Source: an uncultured Fibrobacterota bacterium
GTDB taxonomy: Bacteria > Fibrobacterota > Chitinivibrionia > Chitinivibrionales > FEN-1185
NCBI GenBank assembly: GCA_963753345.1
Contig: CAVWBU010000021.1
Location: forward strand, 229,839 to 293,838
Direction of reading: 5' to 3'
Length of the DNA: 64,000 nucleotides
A program made the position numbers and the translations under genes. Below, in pieces: positions 1-9,431 of this stretch. The notes beneath the pieces were generated by a model that was not told where the DNA came from, did not search any database, and saw nothing but the letters and a program-made list of their open reading frames with translations. How positions within the stretch are numbered: position 1 is the stretch's first letter; each line of letters starts with the position of its first letter.

Positions 1-13
1 TCTCCTCGACGCG

Positions 14-1522
14 GTGAAGCGCCTGCAGGCCATGGTAAAGGTCTCGCAGGACCTCGGCGCCCTGGAAAAACCCGGCGCCCTGCTTGACAAAATAATGAAC
101 AGCATCTTCGACATGTTCCCGCACGCCGACCGCGCGTTCATTATGCTGCGCGACCGGTTGTCGGGCGAGCTTGCGCCCGCGCTCGGCCGCACGCGCGATT
201 CGTCCGCGCCGCAGCAGGAGTTTCCGGTGAGCCGCACCATCCTCAAGACCGTGGCCGAGAAGAAACAGTCGATCCTCTCGTCCGACGCGCAGCAGGACAA
301 CCGGTTCGTGTCGCAGCAGTCAATTGTCGACCTCTCGATCCGTTCCCTCATGTGCGCGCCGTTCGTGTGCAAAGGCGAGCTTCTCGGCGTGATAAGCGTG
401 GACACCATGTCGAGCCGGCGCGCGTTCAACGCGGACGACCTCGCCGTGCTCACGAGCATCGCGGGCCAGGCGGCCATCGCCATCAAGAACGCGGAGCTGT
501 ACACGCAGGTGGCGAAGGAGACCCAGATGCGCACGCAGCTGTCGCGGTACCTGTCGCCCGACGTGGTGGAGGGCGTCATCGACGGCACCGTGCCCCTCAC
601 GCTCGGCGGCGAGCGCAAGCGCGGCACCGTGTTCTTCTGCGACATCGTGGGGTTCACGGCCATGGCCGAGACCATGAGCGCTCTTGACGTAGTGGAACTG
701 CTCAACCGGTACTTTCGCGTGACCACCGAGATCATCACCAGGCACCGCGGCACCCTGCACAAATTCGGCGGCGACATGATCATGGCGTTCTGGAACGTGA
801 TGTTCGAGGACAAGAGCGCCCAGGAAAACGCGCTGCGCGCCAGCATCGAGATGCAGGCCGCGGTGTGGCGGTTCGGACGCGAGCTCGCCGCCGCAGACCG
901 GCCACAGATCTACGTGGGCATCGGCTGCAACACTGGCGAATTCGCGGGCGGCAACATCGGCGGCGAGGACCGGATGGAATACACCGTTGTCGGCGACAAC
1001 GTGAACCTGGCCCAGCGCATCGAGTCGCTCGCCTCGCGCTGGCAGGTGTTCGCTGCGCAGCAGACCTACGAGCCCGCCTCGCACCTGTGCGCGGCCGTCG
1101 AACTGCCGCTCGCAAATGTCAAGGGTAAGTCGCAGCAGATAAAGGTGTTTTCGGTGCGCGGGGTGGAATCGGCCGGCGGCGACATGCTCCTCAACATTCC
1201 CGTGACGCTTGGGGGCGAAGGCGCGGAGGAGGGGCTTCTCACGCGGTTCCGCAAAACCCCTCAGGCACTTTCCCTGTGCCTCGACGCAGGCGCGAAAGTG
1301 AAGCAGGACGACAAATGCGAATGCACGTTCGACCTTCCCGAGCTCGCAAAGGCAGTGGTGCTTTCAGGTGATGTTGTCGCAGTTGAAGATCCTTCAGCTG
1401 ACATGCCTCATTCAAGAATCGCCGTGCTGGGCAACATTGACGGAGCGGAAGCGCTGGAGTTTTTAAAGCCGGGGTCGCTCGTGGAGTCGGGGAGGACGTG
1501 GGCCGAGATGAAGAGGCACTAA
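14..1522 (+). CDS. GAF-domain class III adenylate/guanylate cyclase; probably 5'-truncated by the window edge; possible PilZ-like C-terminal domain
   Basis: GAF-like region (SLMCAPF..GELLGVI..D, F...DL..L..IA.QAAIAI.NA.LY) followed by cyclase motifs FCDIVGFT, KFGGDMIMAFW and YTVVGDNVNLAQRIES. The frame is open to the window start. Confidence 0.9.
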   Translation: MKRLQAMVKVSQDLGALEKPGALLDKIMNSIFDMFPHADRAFIMLRDRLSGELAPALGRTRDSSAPQQEFPVSRTILKTVAEKKQSILSSDAQQDNRFVSQQSIVDLSIRSLMCAPFVCKGELLGVISVDTMSSRRAFNADDLAVLTSIAGQAAIAIKNAELYTQVAKETQMRTQLSRYLSPDVVEGVIDGTVPLTLGGERKRGTVFFCDIVGFTAMAETMSALDVVELLNRYFRVTTEIITRHRGTLHKFGGDMIMAFWNVMFEDKSAQENALRASIEMQAAVWRFGRELAAADRPQIYVGIGCNTGEFAGGNIGGEDRMEYTVVGDNVNLAQRIESLASRWQVFAAQQTYEPASHLCAAVELPLANVKGKSQQIKVFSVRGVESAGGDMLLNIPVTLGGEGAEEGLLTRFRKTPQALSLCLDAGAKVKQDDKCECTFDLPELAKAVVLSGDVVAVEDPSADMPHSRIAVLGNIDGAEALEFLKPGSLVESGRTWAEMKRH

Positions 1523-1555
1523 GTAATAGCCCCATTCAATTTTGAAAGAGATTTT

Positions 1556-1820
1556 GGCGCCCCGCTGCTACGCAGCGGCGGCCGTCCTTCCGGTCCACCC
1601 CTTCGGCCTCGGGCCATCTAATTTTAGAATGTAGATTGTAGAATGTAGATTGGAAATGCGAAAGATCGACAAAACTGTTTTCAATCTACAATCATCAATC
1701 TAAAATCTACAATTAAGAGTCCGGGCGGCATCCCGCTATGGCGGGACCTCCAGTCGCCCCTAACGCGCGGCAACAGTAATCTGTTCTGTCAAGTAGCAAC
1801 ACTTACGCTATGGGGATTTC
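1556..1820 (-). repeat. Structured dispersed repeat, module B, carrying a TGTAGAT heptamer hairpin insert
   Basis: Reverse complement reads ...cttgaca...gccgcgcgttaggggcgactggaggtcccgc-cata-gcgggatgccgcccggactctt[heptamer hairpin]agatggcccgaggccgaagg...ggggcgcc, matching the other module B copies. Confidence 0.85.
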
Positions 1821-1975
1821 TCATCAAGCAAGACACGGAAGTCCTGATTAGTCAAGAATGCGCGGATTGTGCAAGATTGCCGCTGCCACGCATTAGGCCG
1901 GACGGAGCCCTGCGCGGCCCTTGAGCCTGCAGAAAAAGCTCTTTTCTTGACTTGGGCGGTCAAATCCGTCTGCCA

Positions 1976-4240
1976 TCATTGCAAAATCGCCATTCTCAAT
2001 TTCACCGTATGTTTTCCACCCACGTTGACGCTGGCAAGGTAAACGCCGCGCGACGCGCCACGGCAGTTCCAGACAAGCGCAACTCCATTGCCGGCCAGGT
2101 TATCTGATAGTGCAGCCACCTGCTTTCCGAGGAGATTGAACACGGCAATTTCTACGCGGGTCGGGGCGCCCAAATTGAAAACAAAGTTGATTTGATCGCG
2201 GCCGGGGTTGCAATACGCTCTCACCGTTTCGGGAGCAACGGGTGCTTGCGCCAGAGCAACTCCGCTGGGCAAGGTGATTTTCGTCTTGTAAAGCCCGGTG
2301 CTTGTCGCGGCATACAACGAGCCGGCGCAGAGCGCATTGACGGCATTGAACCCGTTGGAATACACCTGCCAGGTGCTTCCCCCATCGACGCTTATATGAA
2401 TAGTTCCGTATCCGTCTGCAAAGCACAGCGCTTTCTTGTTGTCCACGGTCGTGGTAATGACAAAGGCCGGAATTTGCACCTGGGTGTTGATATTCGTCCA
2501 CGTCGTTCCCCGGTCGGCGCTGTGAAACAGGCCATTCGACATCGTGGCGATATAAATTTGGGCGGGGTCATCGGGATCGATAACGAGCGAAGTGACAATA
2601 TCCTTCGGGACCGGCATCTGCGTCCAGTTCAATCCGCCGTCAATGCTCTTATAGGCGCCCGTGGTGTTGTCGCTTTTTTGCTGGCAGAACTGGCCTTTGC
2701 CCGCATACAGGGTCAGCGTGTCTTGCGGATCAACGGCAATGAAGCTGATGACCGAGCCTGGGAAGGCGATCGGCTGCCAGGTGTTGCCGCTGTCAATGCT
2801 CTTGTACAATCCGTCATTGGGCCGCGGGGACGAGATGCCGCTGCCCACGCCCGCGTATACAACAGCACTGTTGCCGGATTCGAACGCGAACTTGAGCACC
2901 CCTCCTGAATTCACCGGCAGCGACGATAGAAGCCGCCATGTTTCGCCGTAATCATCGCTTCGTACAATCGCTTCCGCCATGTTTCCCATTACCTGCTGGC
3001 AGGCGATGACCGAAGCGGCATTGGACGGCGGCACAATCATGTCGCCCAGGCCCGCCCGCAATCCGTTCAATCCGAGCAAACGGGTCCATGAGGAGCCGCT
3101 GTCTTTGCTGCGGTAAAAATCGACGTCGCTTCCCGCGTAAAAAACATTTTTCTCAATGGGATTGTGATAGAGAAACAGGAACCGGACTCCCCGGATATTC
3201 GTGTTGGCATCGTGGAACGTAACGCCATTCGTGCTTTTGTAAATGCCATACCCGTTGGCATCGGCCAGGTAGATTTTGCTGCTATCACCGACAGGATCGC
3301 ACAGTCCATTTATCGGGCCGCTGACCGTCGAGTCAATGGCGCCCTGCAGAGTCCAGGTCTCTCCGGTGTCAACACTCCTATAGCAATTTCTTTCATTGAA
3401 GGCCAACAGCAGATTGCCGCCAAGATCCGCCATCATGACGGTTCTCATCCCTTGCGTACCCAGGGTGGCGTTGACCGCCACTGCTGACCACGTGGCGCCT
3501 CCGTCCATGCTTTTGAAAATAAGGGAGCGACCACCCGCAAAGACATGCAACGGGTTGTCCGGATCCACGGTCAGCGAATAAACCGGCGAACTCGCAAGGC
3601 CGAAATAGGACGCAGAAAATTCAGTCCAATCAGCTCCTGCGTTGGCGCTGCAAAAAATGCCGCCGTCCCCGTCATAATTTTTTTGCGCGGTGACAACGAT
3701 GTGTTCGGCTGCCATGGCAATGCGCGAAATTGCAAAGTCCTGCGGCAGCGTGTAAACCGCGCTCCACGTATTTCCGCCATTCGTGGTTTTATAGACATGG
3801 GCAGGATTGATCTGCCGGTCACTGGCATATGCGACGTTGGCATTGGCCGGGTCGCATGCGATTTGCTCCAATGCCACCGGCGTGCTTAATTGAGCCCACG
3901 TTGCGCCGCCATCCAGGCTTTTGCTGATTCCCAGCATGCTGGTTGCGCCGTTGACGCACACGTAAACGACATTGGCGTTGGCAGGCGAATAGGCGATTCC
4001 AGTGATAAGACCGCTGAAGTTGGGGACCTGCTGCCATGTCGCGGCGCCGTCTGTGCTCTTATACAGGGATTGAATGCCGCCGGCCCAAAGAACGTTATGG
4101 TCAAGAGGATTCATGGCCAGGCTCCACATCTGCCCGCCGAAAATATCGGCATTGGTCCACGAACCCATATCCGCCCCAAACGAAAAGGATCTCAAAAGCA
4201 ATAATGACGCCATAGAAACCAACATTGAATTCTTTTTCAT
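1976..4240 (-). CDS. Secreted BNR/Asp-box beta-propeller protein (VPS10/GH74-like fold) with a C-terminal T9SS/FlgD-like domain
   Basis: Signal peptide, many S-x-D-G-G-x-T-W repeats, and a C-terminal VFNLLGKQVA...WN......GVYLA segment. RBS ggaggg precedes the ATG at 4240. Confidence 0.8.
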   Translation of the reverse strand: MKKNSMLVSMASLLLLRSFSFGADMGSWTNADIFGGQMWSLAMNPLDHNVLWAGGIQSLYKSTDGAATWQQVPNFSGLITGIAYSPANANVVYVCVNGATSMLGISKSLDGGATWAQLSTPVALEQIACDPANANVAYASDRQINPAHVYKTTNGGNTWSAVYTLPQDFAISRIAMAAEHIVVTAQKNYDGDGGIFCSANAGADWTEFSASYFGLASSPVYSLTVDPDNPLHVFAGGRSLIFKSMDGGATWSAVAVNATLGTQGMRTVMMADLGGNLLLAFNERNCYRSVDTGETWTLQGAIDSTVSGPINGLCDPVGDSSKIYLADANGYGIYKSTNGVTFHDANTNIRGVRFLFLYHNPIEKNVFYAGSDVDFYRSKDSGSSWTRLLGLNGLRAGLGDMIVPPSNAASVIACQQVMGNMAEAIVRSDDYGETWRLLSSLPVNSGGVLKFAFESGNSAVVYAGVGSGISSPRPNDGLYKSIDSGNTWQPIAFPGSVISFIAVDPQDTLTLYAGKGQFCQQKSDNTTGAYKSIDGGLNWTQMPVPKDIVTSLVIDPDDPAQIYIATMSNGLFHSADRGTTWTNINTQVQIPAFVITTTVDNKKALCFADGYGTIHISVDGGSTWQVYSNGFNAVNALCAGSLYAATSTGLYKTKITLPSGVALAQAPVAPETVRAYCNPGRDQINFVFNLGAPTRVEIAVFNLLGKQVAALSDNLAGNGVALVWNCRGASRGVYLASVNVGGKHTVKLRMAILQ

Positions 4241-4405
4241 TTTTCCCTCCACGGGCAAACGTGTTTCGCGGTCAACGGGGCCTTAGCTGAGATCATACAG
4301 TCTCCCGCGATTATTGTCAACAGCGGCATCCTATCCGTCCGGTCTTATTTCGTTTGGACGGCGGCCTGTTCATTTGTTTGAAATAAATCGGTGTGCCACG
4401 ACGAT

Positions 4406-4424
4406 CACTTCGACAAGCTCAGTG
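4406..4424. repeat. Short CTTCGACAAGCTCAG-type repeat (second copy at 53219-53234)
   Basis: cacttcgacaagctcagtg here versus cttcgataagctcagc at 53219. Confidence 0.5.
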
Positions 4425-4483
4425 CAAGCCTTGGTCGTGTTCATGAAAGTTTACAAATGATGGCAAACAGCACTGATGGTCTT

Positions 4484-4725
4484 CGCGCCAGGGGCGACTG
4501 GAGGTCGTGCTGGAGCACGATGCTGCCCGGACTCTTAATTGTAGATTCTAGATTGATGATTGTAGATTGACAAAGACAAACTGGTCTATCTCTTGCATTT
4601 CCAATCTACATTCTACAATCTACATTCTAAAATTAGATGGCCCGAGGCCTGCGGCCGACGACCCTTGGAAGCACCCGAAGGGGTGGACCGGAAGGAGGGC
4701 TGCCGCCGTCTTCGGCGGGGCGCCC
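4484..4725 (+). repeat. Structured dispersed repeat, module B; inverted partner of 1556-1820
   Basis: cgcgccaggggcgactggaggtcgtgc-tgga-gcacgatgctgcccggactctt[heptamer hairpin]agatggcccgaggcc...ggggcgccc. Confidence 0.85.
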
Positions 4726-4836
4726 AATTTTTTTATTCATAATAGCAAAATTTGTCCGCCGAAAACTTATTTTGCCACTAGATTTGATCATGGTGCCGTA
4801 CCGTTCGCTTTTCTTTTTCTCGAAAGGAGACGGGAC

Positions 4837-6585
4837 ATGAAAAACGTCGCATCAGCAATTCTTCTTGCCATCGCTTTCTTCATCGGCGGTACATTTGCCG
4901 GCAACGCTTCGGTTGCCGCACTTCCCACCCAGACCAGCATCATCAAAGACAGCATCACCTGGACATTCTCCCAGGCGGTGCCGGTGGGACAGTTTGTCAA
5001 CGGAGATTATTACGTTGTGGGCCCGGTGACCGTTACTGCGATTTCGCCCGCCCCGCAGAGTGTTGCGCCGTACGCGAACGGATCGGTGCTCAACCTGCCC
5101 ACGCCGGACGGGAAAAGCGCTTTTGATCAGCGGCTGAACGACGGCAGCGACGAATCATGGTGGTTCAATGCAAGCGAGCGCGTGTACCCTCCCATCTCCC
5201 TGAAACCGGGAGACGCATTGGTTTCATCGATCAGCCTGTCCGCAGCTCAATACCACAATGTTCCGGAAGTGATGCGCGCCGGTGACCAAAGCTGCAGCCC
5301 GGTTGCCAGCGTATCCGTTCTCACGGTCCTGGGCGCCGCCGTATCATCCGATGCTTTCCGCCCGTCGTATTGCGACCGGAAGCAGACAATTTATCATGCC
5401 GATTCCCTGCAGCGCCAGCTTCTGCCGTCCGTGGTTCCCCCCAATCCGGCCGCGACCCCGACTCTTGCGCAATTTGAGACCTGGTTCCGCAGGCCATGGA
5501 TCGACATGAACCCTTTCCTTTTTGATGCTCCCGCGGCCTATATGCCCAGTTACGGCGCGCACGTGGGATTTGCGGTTTCTTATGTCGGGCTGGTTTTGTC
5601 GCTCAACTTCACGCCTGCGCAAAAAGTAAACCTCACCAATTACTTTGTGCAGTACGGCATTGATTTGTTCGGATGCCTTAAAGCAGGATACGGATGGCCG
5701 GCTTTTGGAGGTCATCGCAGCGGAAGAAAAATGCCCGTTGTTCTTGCAGGCATTCTGCTGCAATGCGATTCGATGAAAAACGTGTCCACGTATTTTCCCG
5801 ACAAGTTCGGCGAAGACATGCAGACGCTCTACATCAGTTCGCTCCCGCCGGCGGGCAAATACACCAAGGCATGGCAGGGCGCCAAGGTGATTTACGGAGG
5901 CCACTACGGGGTTCATCCGGACGGAACGCCTGTTGATACGGGACTCTATGGTCCTTACGAACAGCTTCAGCCGAGGGATTGGCCGCTCCTCACTCCCACC
6001 GAGCAGCTGGGAGAAGCGTACCGGCGCTGCTGCACCTCCATGAGCTGGATCGGCGAGGCTTTGACCATGCATCTTATGGGGGCCGAAGCCATTTGGAACC
6101 ATCCGGCTTTTTTTGATTACGTTGTCCGGTGGATGTGCGAAAACGATTCGCTCGCAATCGACAGCATCAAGGCGCAAAGTGGATTCGATTACAGCTCATC
6201 GTGGGACCGGCAGCAGCAGACCGCCGGAGTTTTGCAGGGCGAATTTCCCCAGTACACTTTTATTGATGATATGTGGCGGACGTATCATCCGTGCAGCACA
6301 AGCATGGTGATTCAAAACGTTCGCGATCGATCCATTCAGTCAAATTCGACTCTTCTCGTCTTTTCCAACCCTTCCAATGCCATGGTTTTTATCAGACTGC
6401 CGAATCTGTCGGGACCAGTCGACGTGGAGATTTATTCCCTCACCGGAGTAAGAGTGGCGCGCTTTCGCCATGTTCGGGAGGGAAGGGTTGTCTGGAATGC
6501 GGCGAATTGTTCCAGCGGTCTCTATTTGATAGAGGCCAGTGCAGGAACCCGCGAGCTTACCGGGAGGCTGCAGTTGGTGAGATGA
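4837..6585 (+). CDS. Secreted protein of unknown function with a C-terminal T9SS/FlgD-like domain
   Basis: RBS aaggag and ATG at 4837; signal peptide MKNVASAILLAIAFFIGGTFA; C-terminal VEIYSLTGVRVARF...WN....SSGLYLI. The longer ORF-track start lies inside the repeat. Confidence 0.75.
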   Translation: MKNVASAILLAIAFFIGGTFAGNASVAALPTQTSIIKDSITWTFSQAVPVGQFVNGDYYVVGPVTVTAISPAPQSVAPYANGSVLNLPTPDGKSAFDQRLNDGSDESWWFNASERVYPPISLKPGDALVSSISLSAAQYHNVPEVMRAGDQSCSPVASVSVLTVLGAAVSSDAFRPSYCDRKQTIYHADSLQRQLLPSVVPPNPAATPTLAQFETWFRRPWIDMNPFLFDAPAAYMPSYGAHVGFAVSYVGLVLSLNFTPAQKVNLTNYFVQYGIDLFGCLKAGYGWPAFGGHRSGRKMPVVLAGILLQCDSMKNVSTYFPDKFGEDMQTLYISSLPPAGKYTKAWQGAKVIYGGHYGVHPDGTPVDTGLYGPYEQLQPRDWPLLTPTEQLGEAYRRCCTSMSWIGEALTMHLMGAEAIWNHPAFFDYVVRWMCENDSLAIDSIKAQSGFDYSSSWDRQQQTAGVLQGEFPQYTFIDDMWRTYHPCSTSMVIQNVRDRSIQSNSTLLVFSNPSNAMVFIRLPNLSGPVDVEIYSLTGVRVARFRHVREGRVVWNAANCSSGLYLIEASAGTRELTGRLQLVR

Positions 6586-6620
6586 GGCCGCTAGGGTTTT
6601 TGATGACCGCGGATCTTTAC

Positions 6621-6659
6621 AAAAAGGGGTTCTTTGCTTTCCGGCAAAGAGCCCTTTTT
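6621..6659. terminator. Bidirectional intrinsic terminator-like hairpin (near copy at 11407-11442)
   Basis: aaaaaggggttctttgc-tttccg-gcaaagagcccttttt. Confidence 0.7.
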
Positions 6660-6748
6660 ACCTATGTCCTGACTGCACCCTCTTTTTCTAAATTCTACAT
6701 TCTACAATCTACCTTCTACAATTATGAATGGTCAAGAGGCCGGGATTT
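6621..6748 (-). mobile_element. Degenerate att-like duplication of the tRNA-Ser 3' end plus its downstream heptamer repeats and terminator
   Basis: 6729-6748 tggtcaagaggccgggattt matches 11481-11500 tggcggagaggctgggattt at 16/20 positions. The adjacent tctacattctacaatcta repeats and the terminator are also duplicated. Confidence 0.65.
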
Positions 6749-7111
6749 CCTCGCCACGTTCCGTACCTTATTGATCCCGCCAATAGTCTCTATCTGACTG
6801 CTTCAAAACTGCACCAACCATGTTCTGCAATGCCAAGAACCCTTGTAGATTAACGAGAGAAAAGATAGACGGTCTCACGAACGATGAAAACATGCATGAG
6901 AGAGAAATTCCGATTCTGTCTTGTCAATAAACTCTGAAGAATGACCGGCAGCCGTCCCGTGGAAAGATGCCATCCCTCCTGCAATACTTCTAAGAAAGGG
7001 AGGCGGTTTTCTTGAGGATAGTCCCGTCATAATTTCATGAAGGAGGCATAGCGGATGGTATTTTTCCCTGCGTCGGAGGTTCGGGCAAACAAAGTGTGGA
7101 ATAATACTTAT

Positions 7112-7208
7112 GGGGACCTCTAAAAATTCCATATTTTGCTAAAAATGTGGCGAATCTAGTCAAAAATCGCCAATCGTTTTCTGAAAAAGGCAATTTTTAG
7201 AGGTTCCC
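7112..7208. mobile_element. 97-bp MITE-like element with about 17-bp terminal inverted repeats and a TTAT target-site duplication
   Basis: Left end ggggacctctaaaaatt; right end aatttttagaggttccc; ttat at 7108-7111 and 7209-7212. Confidence 0.7.
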
Positions 7209-7210
7209 TT

Positions 7211-8593
7211 ATGTATAATAGACCGAAAATGCGAAGCTATGTAATATTTTTCATATTGGCAATGACGCTTGTGCTTGTTTCAATCAGCACAACCTCGGTT
7301 GCGGTTGCATTTCCGGTAATTACCGCCTCATTCCATATTACGCTGATTCTGGCCGGATGGATCATCAGCATTTATCAGTTGGGCGTTACCGGCATAATGC
7401 CGATAGCCGGTAAATTGGGAGATATCTTGAGCAAGAAAGTCACCTTTTTGCTCTGCTTGTCTTTTTTCACGGTAGGCTCGCTGCTCTGCGCATTTTCATC
7501 GAACATAGGGCTGCTGATTATTTCCCGTTTCATACAGTCACTCGGGGGTGGCGGAATCATGCCTGCAGCCATGGGAATCGTTGCGGAGGAATTCCCCAGG
7601 TCCAAGCACCGGGCCATCGGGCTCTTCAGCAGTATCTTTCCGATAGGGCAAATAATCGGTCCTAATCTTGGAGGGTTCCTTGTGGAATCATTCGGCTGGC
7701 GGTCCATATTCTGGCTAAACATACCGTTGTGCCTTGTCGTTATTTTCCTGGCGGTTCTATTTCTTCGCCGCGAAGAAAGGAAGAATGAACGAATAGATGT
7801 TCTTGGAACCGTGCTTCTTTTCGCCTCCTTGTTTTTGTTGATGGCTGGTTTGAGCGTTATCGGTTCCGGGCAATCGGTGAAAATGATTATAGCGGCAATA
7901 GTGCTTCTTTGCACGGCGACGATGCTGATGGTGAGGCTCATAGGGCATGAAAGGAAAACACAAAACCCTATTATCGATTTTGCCGTGCTGAGAGGCAGGC
8001 CCTTCATGGCCGCGAATGTTTTTAATTTCATATACGGGGTTGCGATAATCGGCGTTATGTCGCTTATCCCTGCGTATGCCGTTTTCGTTTACAAGATGAG
8101 CACGCTGCAAAGCGGAATTCTCATGACCCCGCGGTCCGTTGCCATGATCGCGGCTTCTTTGTTAACGAGTCTTTATATCATGCGATGGGGATATCGCTGG
8201 CCGATAATCGCCGGCACCCTTGCTACAGCGGCAGCGCTTCTGCTGTTCAGTTTCAAATTCAATAGTATATTTCTTCTTTACATCATATCATCGATTGTCG
8301 GGGTCGGGGCCGGACTTGCGGCGCCTGCTTCCAACAATGCCTGCATCGAGCTCATGCCGGAGCACGTATCAACGATTACAGGGATTCGGGGGATGTTTCG
8401 CCAGACCGGCGGGGCACTGAGCATAGCCGTTGCAACCATCATTCTGCACGCTTCTGGCAATATGCTTCTGGGATTTCGCATTATTTTTCTTGGAATGGTT
8501 GTGGCGCTGATCGGTGTTATCCCCGCAGTTTTCTTGATGCCGAGTTCTCCAAAGGCTGCCGTATCTCGGGTGGATTTGGATTCTGAAGACTAA
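7211..8593 (+). CDS. MFS drug/H+ antiporter (DHA2-like); true start may be 7229
   Basis: Many transmembrane segments; GKLGDILSKK (motif A-like), RFIQSLGGGG, GQIIGPNLGG and WRSIFWLNIP. Confidence 0.9.
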   Translation: MYNRPKMRSYVIFFILAMTLVLVSISTTSVAVAFPVITASFHITLILAGWIISIYQLGVTGIMPIAGKLGDILSKKVTFLLCLSFFTVGSLLCAFSSNIGLLIISRFIQSLGGGGIMPAAMGIVAEEFPRSKHRAIGLFSSIFPIGQIIGPNLGGFLVESFGWRSIFWLNIPLCLVVIFLAVLFLRREERKNERIDVLGTVLLFASLFLLMAGLSVIGSGQSVKMIIAAIVLLCTATMLMVRLIGHERKTQNPIIDFAVLRGRPFMAANVFNFIYGVAIIGVMSLIPAYAVFVYKMSTLQSGILMTPRSVAMIAASLLTSLYIMRWGYRWPIIAGTLATAAALLLFSFKFNSIFLLYIISSIVGVGAGLAAPASNNACIELMPEHVSTITGIRGMFRQTGGALSIAVATIILHASGNMLLGFRIIFLGMVVALIGVIPAVFLMPSSPKAAVSRVDLDSED

Positions 8594-8609
8594 ATAGAGG
8601 AGGAGAGTA

Positions 8610-9422
8610 ATGGCAATCAAAGGTGAATGGATTGAGTATGGCGATCAGAAGGGGTACTTTGCCTTTCCTGAAAAGGCCTCTTTGCCGCTTCCGGCCATCA
8701 TGGTGATTCAGGAGGCATGGGGTGTGAATGACCATATCGAAGACGTCACGAGGCGTTTCGCCGCCGCAGGATATGCGGCGCTTGCCCCGGATCTTTTCGC
8801 GGTCGGCGGTGTGAGGCCGGCGGCGCTTTCCCGCGAACGGATCGAAAAGGCGATGAAGTTCATGAGGCAGCTGCCTCCTTCTGCCGCGGGAAATCCTGCG
8901 GCCCGGGATGCCGAGCTTGCCAGGCTTCCGGAATCCGAGAGAAAGGAAATCGGCGAAACCTTCGGACAGTTGTTCGGCGGTCCCGGCAGGCTGGCAGGAT
9001 ATATTCCCCGGCTCAGGGAAGCCGTCCGTCATCTCAGAAGCACGCAAAAGGAAACAAAGGCCCAAAAAGTGGCCTGCGTCGGCTTTTGCATGGGAGGAGG
9101 ACTCTCGGCCCTTCTGGCCTGTGAAGAACCGGAAATTTCAGGCGCCGCAGTATTCTACGGGACTACGCCTCCCGCCGAAAAAATACCCTCCATACACTGT
9201 CCCGTTATCGCCTTCTACGGCGGCAACGACCAGCGAGTCAACGCCGGCATTCCCGTTTTCGAGGAAGCCATGCGCAACGCTGGCAAGTCCTATGAACACG
9301 TTGTGTATGAAGGGGCGAACCACTCCTTCTTCAACGACGACGGCCAGTCTTACAACGTCAATGCGGTTCGTGATGCGTTTGCGCGGCTCTTGACTTTCTT
9401 TAACAAAACCCTGTCGGACTAG
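8610..9422 (+). CDS. Dienelactone hydrolase family protein
   Basis: IQEAWGVNDHIEDV, APDLF, nucleophile motif GFCMGG and HSFFND; RBS gaggag. Confidence 0.92.
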   Translation: MAIKGEWIEYGDQKGYFAFPEKASLPLPAIMVIQEAWGVNDHIEDVTRRFAAAGYAALAPDLFAVGGVRPAALSRERIEKAMKFMRQLPPSAAGNPAARDAELARLPESERKEIGETFGQLFGGPGRLAGYIPRLREAVRHLRSTQKETKAQKVACVGFCMGGGLSALLACEEPEISGAAVFYGTTPPAEKIPSIHCPVIAFYGGNDQRVNAGIPVFEEAMRNAGKSYEHVVYEGANHSFFNDDGQSYNVNAVRDAFARLLTFFNKTLSD

Positions 9423-9431
9423 GAACCGGCA

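Noticed and set aside
4567-4836. ORF-track N-terminal extensions and small ORFs inside the repeat elements
   Set aside because: They are translations of repeat DNA, not frame-conserved between copies, and better RBS-linked starts lie downstream.
6723-6797. Peptide YEWSRGRDFLATFRT as the displaced C-terminus of a tRNA-targeting recombinase
   Set aside because: Too short to support, and no recombinase body is present near either att-like copy.
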